A stretch of 64,000 bases of DNA from the human T2T-CHM13v2.0 reference genome, Homo sapiens. The stretch lies in the NCBI RefSeq assembly GCF_009914755.1, contig NC_060925.1. One strand, given 5' to 3'. The position numbers and the translations under genes were made by a program. Numbering within the stretch: the stretch's first letter is position 1; every line of letters begins with the position of its first letter. Under the pieces are notes generated by a model. It did not search any database, had not been told where the DNA came from, and was given only the letters and a program-made list of their open reading frames with translations. Below are positions 55,441 to 64,000 of this stretch, in pieces.

Positions 55441-56902
55441 TGACAATTATTTTGGCCAGGTCTTTTGAAGTGACAAGGTACAAAACACAAAACATCCTGA
55501 CATTTTTGTATTAATAAAGAGATCAAAGGAATACACATTTGAAAATAAAAATTAACATTATATTTTATAATGTTTTGATTTTTCTTTTTTAAATGAAAAG
55601 TGGTAAATATGAGTTAAGTTTTAAATGCATTACAGTAATTCAATAAGCCAAAATTTTTCAAAGTATGTGCATTCTGAAGTTCTGCAAGATGCTCTCAGAC
55701 TAAAGAGAAATCCATCTGGAAATGCTGCATACCATACCCCTCTCTTGGAGTTGAATAACACCGTTGGCATATGAGAAATTCTGCAGTAAAGAGATATCAT
55801 TGACTTTGTTGAACTCTATAGTTCCCAAACTTGACCATAGGAGTTTTTTTTGGAACTAGTGTTTTACGGCACACACTTCAAGCAACAGTGAACCAAATAA
55901 TTAATAACATGTAGAATTCTAAACCATATATCTTTTTCACTTATTGTTTCTGATAAAGTTAATTGGAACTTCTGGGGAACAGATGGGTACTACAAGGTTT
56001 GTTCTAAAACTACATATAGAGTGATAAAGAACAGCTATTAGACCCTGATCTGAGTCAACAGTCTTAAGAGGCCTAAAGAAATGTTTGCTATTTTGCCTGA
56101 ACCAGATCCCTCTCCCTAGAAAACTTTCAGAAATTAAATAAAGAGATAAAGCCATCTACCACATAAGCTGGAGTCTTAATTTTAATTCCTGTTAGCGGTT
56201 TGACATGATGACATTAAGCTATTCTAACCCCCTTCTGAAAGCAGTTGCCACCACTCTGGTCTTTCTGAAAGCAATCCATCTGTTAGTTTCCTTCCAGTAG
56301 TTTGATTTCTGACAGGCCAGGTGAAGGAAAAGCAAACATGCTACTTAGTAAGCACAATATCATCATTAGAGATCCACTTCTTTCTTCTTTGTGTCTCTTC
56401 TTTAATTTTCACATGTGACTATTTCAATTTAGGAAATCTGACATAAAACAATTACAATTCAACTTGCGATTCAGATAAACCGCCTGGCGATTGTTCGCAT
56501 CACTTAGGATTATTTTTGCTTTAGAAATAGACCTCCTCTCTTTAGAGCAGTTTCCTTAGTGCCTATGAAGGATGAGTTAAACTTTCAAAATTGCATCTCT
56601 GTATAATTTGTTAGGCACAGATTTACTGCAGAATGTAAGGCACACCAATATTTTTCTTCATTTTAATTCTCTTCCCTTATACTCAAATTTTAAGCTGTGA
56701 AGATTTTATTACCAATGAATTTTTATGTATTATGGTTTATATCTACCAAGGTACAATTATATCTACCAATATTCATTTACAGTTTCATTTTCATGTGCTA
56801 GCTGCTTCTCGTGAGTAAATGTCTTCTTTTAGACTTTGCAAGTTTCCAGAAGGCAGGGTCATACACCCACCCACCCTTTTCATCACTCCCCAGAGCTTAA
56901 CC

Positions 56903-57159
56903 CAGTGGTGCTTGGTACAACCATTTTCTCAGTCAGCTCTGTTGATTGCTGATGATATTGAATCAAAATGCACATTGCCGTCTGTGGACTGAAGAAAGTC
57001 AGATCATGATTCCATCTCCATAGATTTCCACGGAGAATATACTCCAACCATGGCCAGTTTTTCAAGCTATCAACATGATTTCAACTGGCTCACACAAATT
57101 CTTAAAATTTAACAATCCTCTCTCCAAAACCAGTATGACTCAGCTCCAGCACTCCACCA
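56903..57159 (-). mobile_element. MER63-family element
   Basis: cagtggtgc ... ccatggccagtttttcaagctatcaacatg ... gctccagcactccac. Confidence 0.5.
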
Positions 57160-57186
57160 TAGGAGCTGTCTTTAGGAATGAGTGTG

Positions 57187-58261
<1,075 letters not shown>

Positions 58262-58422
58262 CTAGTTCTTGATAGGGGAGTAAGTAGAAGCAAATGTAAC
58301 CATTATGAAGTAATACCTCTACTTCTAGAAAGGTAGGAAACACGCATACCTCCACCACCACCACCCTACCACACTAAACTCATAGGAGAGAGCATTGCCT
58401 TATATGACATGTAGAGAAATTA

Positions 58423-58791
<369 letters not shown>

Positions 58792-58837
58792 TTAGGGAGT
58801 CATTTCTCCTTATGGTAATTGTTAATTTATTATACAG

Positions 58838-59046
58838 GTTGAAGGGGACCAGCTGCCTCCAGGACACACAGTCAGTCAATATGAAACCTGTAAGATCAGG
58901 ACCATAAAAGCTGGCACCTTGGAGAAGCTTGTGGAGAACCTGCTGACAGCTTTTGGGGACAATGACTTTACCTATATCAGCATCTTTCTTTCAACGTACA
59001 GAGGCTTTGCCTCCACTAAAGAAGTGCTGGAACTACTGCTGGACAG
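58838..59046 (+). CDS. RGL1: RGL1 coding exon 3 (start of RasGEF N-terminal/REM domain)
   Basis: acceptor tatacag|, 209 nt open in phase with exon 2: VEGDQLPPGHTVSQYETCKIRTIKAGTLEKLVENLLTAFGDNDFTYISIFLSTYRGFASTKEVLELLLD(R); donor AG|gtaaga; REM motifs KAGTLEKLV and FLSTYRxF. Confidence 0.97.
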
Positions 59047-60356
59047 GTAAGAATGTAAAGGAGCTTTTGAGTTGAAAGAAATGTAGGCTGATTATGGAGT
59101 GGAGCACGAGGTTCTGAATCACCTGCACTTGGTATTCGGAGAGAGATATGTGAGGAAAGATTAACGGGAAGGGATGACCTTTGGCACAAATGAAAAGAAG
59201 ATCATTCAGGAGCCACTTATGGTCTGTTGCTGGGGAAAAATATCTCCTAAAAGATTTATAAAAGAGTTGAGAGTGGATACCTTAAATCTAGATTCAGTTG
59301 CTTTATGGATTTACTATTTGCCACCCTAAATTTCTCCATATTTTTATAATTTTATATTATTCAGTAAATAATCAGTTGACCAAGAATTTTACTGGGATGT
59401 TGTGGGGATGAAATGTGCTAATATGTGTGAAGTGTGGAGCTCATTCTTAGATCCACAGGAAGCAGCTTAGGAATGGTGGCAATGATGATGCGATGATGAT
59501 GATAACTATTAACAGTCAGCATGTATTGACTGTTTTAAGGATCTGCACATAAATATCCTTGATCCGTATTTTTAAGCTACTTATTACATAGAGCAGTATA
59601 CATTGATATTTACACACTGTTAAACTTTAGATTTTCCTCTTTATTTCTGTTTTATTTAGAATTAAACTTGGTCTTTTAGAAAATATCATTAAATCAACTT
59701 GATACTGGGAGGAAGAAAGCTGTCAGCCAAACAATTGTTTTAGAATCAGGAGAATCCTCATCTAAATCCTTATATTCTGGGGTTTCCTGCATAAGGAAGG
59801 AAATGAGATACGGCTTTCTGTTGGGCTTGTTGAGTATTGATGTTTGTTAACTAAATTTTTTTATTTTGAAAGTAATCTGTGCTCATGCTAAAAATTCTTA
59901 CACTGTGGAAGAATATGCAAAATATTAAAGTTTGTTCATATTGCTGCCTTTTCCCCAAATAACATTTATTAGATTTAAAAATATTAGTAGTAAGAAGAAA
60001 ATTAAATAGACCATCAACTAGGCAAATAACACATATTAACATTTTAAAAATAGAGGTAATCCATGTATATGGTGAAAAGTTCCATCAGCCCAGATAATTA
60101 TAAAAATAAAAAGTAAAATATTTTTTTCTCCAAGCTCCAATCCCATTCCTCCCAGGAAATCACTGTGAACCATCCTTTTGTATTTTTCCCACACTTTTGG
60201 GTGTATAGAAAGTATGTATGTATATATACACACATTTATGTACTGTATGTCATATATATGATATGTTTATATATTTATCATATGACACATATACTTACCT
60301 ATGATACAGATAGCATCACAGTACATAGTCTGTTCTGCAATTTTCATTAAAAAAAA

Positions 60357-60522
60357 TTTTTTTTTCTATTTTTAGAGATAGGATCTTGTCCTGTTGTCCA
60401 GACTGGACTGGAGTGCAGTCACACAATCATAGCTCACTGCATCCTCAAACTCCGGGGCTCAAGAGATCAGCCTCAGCCTCCTGAGTTGCTAGGATGACAG
60501 GTGCATGCCACCACGCCTGGCC
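60357..60522 (-). mobile_element. FRAM / Alu right monomer
   Basis: single ~165-bp right-arm-type monomer. Confidence 0.85.
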
Positions 60523-60709
60523 AATTTTCAGTTTTTACTTATCTGCATATCTTGGAAATTTTTTACTCATTAAGTGAATTAGTATATATAAAAGGCTTAG
60601 AACAGTGGCTGGCATATTGAAAGCTCAAAAAATGTAATTCTTATTTCAAAACCAGCACGTGTAGATGAATCTATCATAATCTTTTCAATAGCTTTATAAT
60701 ATTTATTGA

Positions 60710-61061
<352 letters not shown>

Positions 61062-63798
61062 AAATTTGTTTTTTAAACTTTGTAAACAGTACTGCAAGGA
61101 GCATTTTTGAATATATATCTTCGGAATAGTTGGTTGAGAATTCTATAGGATAATGTCATAGAAGAGTCACTAATGGGTCAAAGTATATCAGCATTTAAAG
61201 ATTTGAAAGATAACTGCCAGATTGCACCAGTGACATTCCTGTCCACAGAAAACGGGAATGCCTATTTCCTCATTTTCCCCACACTCTTGCCAACTGTGGA
61301 TATTTTCTCTCTACTTTTGAAACTGTCTTTGCCATGACCTGACCACTGACAAATGATAGCTTCTTGTTTTTGAATTTGTGCTTCTTACATTTATGAGTGA
61401 GGTTTAGCATCTTTTAAAATTCTTATTGGCTGTTTGTGTTTTCTTTTCTGTGAACTGCCTTTTCATATCCTTTTGCCTATTTTTCTTTTGGACTCTTTTC
61501 ATCTAATTATTGATTATCTAATTATAACTCTGCATATTAAGGGAATTAGTTTGTTGCTTATCATATGTTAGAAATATTTTCCTAATTTTCCATTCGTTTT
61601 AAAAGTTATTTATTAAAATTTTTTATAACGACATTAACATTTTTTGTGTAGTCATATCTATTAGTCTTAAGAAATACCTTTAATAATCAAGTTATATTCC
61701 AATATAAGTAAGGTTATTGACAATAGTGGGTTTTCTCTCAAAGTAGTTTACTCGTAAGATGCATATAGAGTAAGATTATTTGGATCAATGGTTATTAATA
61801 TGTTAATCTTCAAGAATACTCACAAAATGTCTGTTCTTTGTCATACATTGATCTGGATTATGATACTTTGAGCTGCAGCACAGATAGGAAGTTCTGTAGC
61901 TTTTTTCATAGCAGTGCTTGACAAAATAGGCCTGGAATATAAACTTGGATTGGTGAGGCATTTCTTTATATAGGCAGGATCTTATGTAATAGATCATACC
62001 TGTAAGTAGAAATTGAAAAATTATATGAATTTTATCTTTTTGGTATTTCATGTTTATAAAAAAATGCAGTATGCTGTTGGCAGGCAGTATGAATTGACTG
62101 TTCAAAACGTTAAAAAACTCCTACAAGTTTACTTTGGAATTGGTAACCTCTTCTATTTATGGGGTGACTATTGATAATAGGCCACAGATATCCACAGTCA
62201 ATAAAGGAGTGCACGTAAATTCCAGCTGTTCATCCTAAATAGAGGACATATACACACAGGAACTGGAGTGTTTAGTCTATGACTCATGTACATCCAGATT
62301 TTGATATTTTTTAAATCTTTTCTTTGTTCTATTATAGAGGATAGATGTTTTTGCTTTTTAAAACACTAACTGGATGACTGACTAACACTGAAAATGAATC
62401 AAACTGCATTTAATTCAAGCTGTCATGTACGATATAACTGGAGAGTTAGGATTTATTTTTTTACCATTTGGATGGGCCAAGGCTTGGCCTTGAATTTAAT
62501 CTCATAAACAGATCCTTTGCTTGCTTCTGAAATGAATGGAATTGACAAGTACTCAATGCCTACACAATACCCAGCTTCTGCAAGACACCATGCAGATGGA
62601 ACTCAGGAATATGAGACTTGTTTCATGCCTTGAGATAGTTTAGAGGTAGATTTACTATGAAGCCACTGGTACTTAACCTCCAGGGGCGCTCACTTGGAAT
62701 GCCCTCTGCATAATTTTATATTCATGATTTTGTATTCTTTTTCTTTGAGAGGATCCCTCAGATTACATATGGCTTCAAATTACATATCCATAAGACCTGG
62801 ATCCACCCCTCAGTACTTAATATTTTACTGCAAAAGATAACATATTAAGGCTTGCATTTCTGAAACAAGTAGATAACTGCTTGAGATGGTATTAGATGAA
62901 GTTCTAACGTGTTCTGCAGATGAAACAGGATATAGAAGTTCAGAGGAATAAATCTCATTTATTTAGATTATTCTGCAGAAATTGGGATTTGTTCAAATAA
63001 GTACAAACCTCAACATGAGTATTTCTTCCTTGCTTCATTTCCTACTCACACTTAGATCTTGAGCCAGGCTTCAGTCTTGATTAAATTTAACCAAAATGCA
63101 CATTCTGTGAAACAGTGGGTTCTTAAATTGGTTGTTGAGACTTTTAATGTCTATAATTAAGAGGAAGCAATTATGTTGTATAAACTTGCCTATTCTGAAG
63201 ATGAGCATTTGAAATATTATTTTGTCAGTAGATTGTGGTAGACTTGTTTATGGGTCTCTGACATAATTTTAAAAATAATTTCTTTTGGTTTCTTAATAGT
63301 AGTTTGCTTATCTGTTGTGAAATTAACACTGAGAAGCTATTACAGCATGTGCTAATCATACAATAATCAGTCAAGAATAGATTGAAGACAGATACTGCAG
63401 TATTTATTTCCCACCGGAGAAGCTTATTTGATGTCAAGCTTTGATTTCCCTTAAGACTTCTAATAATGTGGGTTTTCTCATATGGAACTATTTGCTTTCT
63501 GGGATTTATTTTTTATCTTTTGACAGTTTTTTATTCTGCTATAATATGAGCCTTTTGTGATTGGCCAATAGACAGTGGTTTGAATTCACGTATAGCTAAT
63601 TCCGTGTGTTTGCTTTACCCCTTACTTGGGGTGATCATTTCCCAAGGACCCCTGTTTCCTGTGCTTCTCAACATGGCTCAGAGTCCACATTGGCCTACTT
63701 TTAACCCAAGAGAAAGTTCTTGAATTCTGGGCCAGCAGTTTGTGTTGGGGCTTTGAGATTTTCTTTTATCTAACTTCAAACATACACTCACTCAGTTA

Positions 63799-64000
<202 letters not shown>

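Noticed and set aside
62690-62812. Possible old hAT-type DNA transposon end (…acctggatccacccct)
   Set aside because: Only a vague resemblance; no second TIR or TSD could be identified.

Overview
Primate (very likely human) genomic DNA, AT-rich and dense in repeats. It contains the 5' part of RGL1 (Ral GDP dissociation stimulator-like 1) on the + strand. A CpG-island promoter and first exon lie at ~16.36-16.93 kb. Three coding exons splice in frame via GT-AG introns: 16600-16626 (MKLLWQAKM), 17655-17765 (SSIQDWGEEV...KGARWLG) and 58838-59046 (VEGDQLPPG...IKAGTLEKLVENLL...LELLLD/R, start of the RasGEF N-terminal/REM domain). The introns are 1,028 nt and 41,072 nt, and the gene continues beyond the window. 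From recall, a longer RGL1 isoform starts far upstream and joins at exon 17655, so 1-16 kb is probably also intronic. The rest is fossil mobile DNA: ~25 Alu/FLAM/FRAM, L1 (two with twin-priming-type 5' inversions), L2, MIR, an L3/CR1 relic, MST/MLT1/MER39 LTRs and many DNA-transposon MITEs. Nearly all ORFs in the supplied track are repeat-derived or random. I found no convincing new multi-gene system. The best leads are the compact translational-control layout of RGL1 exon 1 (G4, in-frame CUG, overlapping uORF ending 1 nt before Met9), palindromic MITE hairpins with arm-symmetric changes, an ancient tRNA-headed SINE relic, a candidate 29-nt poison exon, and inverted Alus bracketing exon 3. Repeat subfamily names come from memory of consensus sequences, and boundaries of old repeats are approximate.
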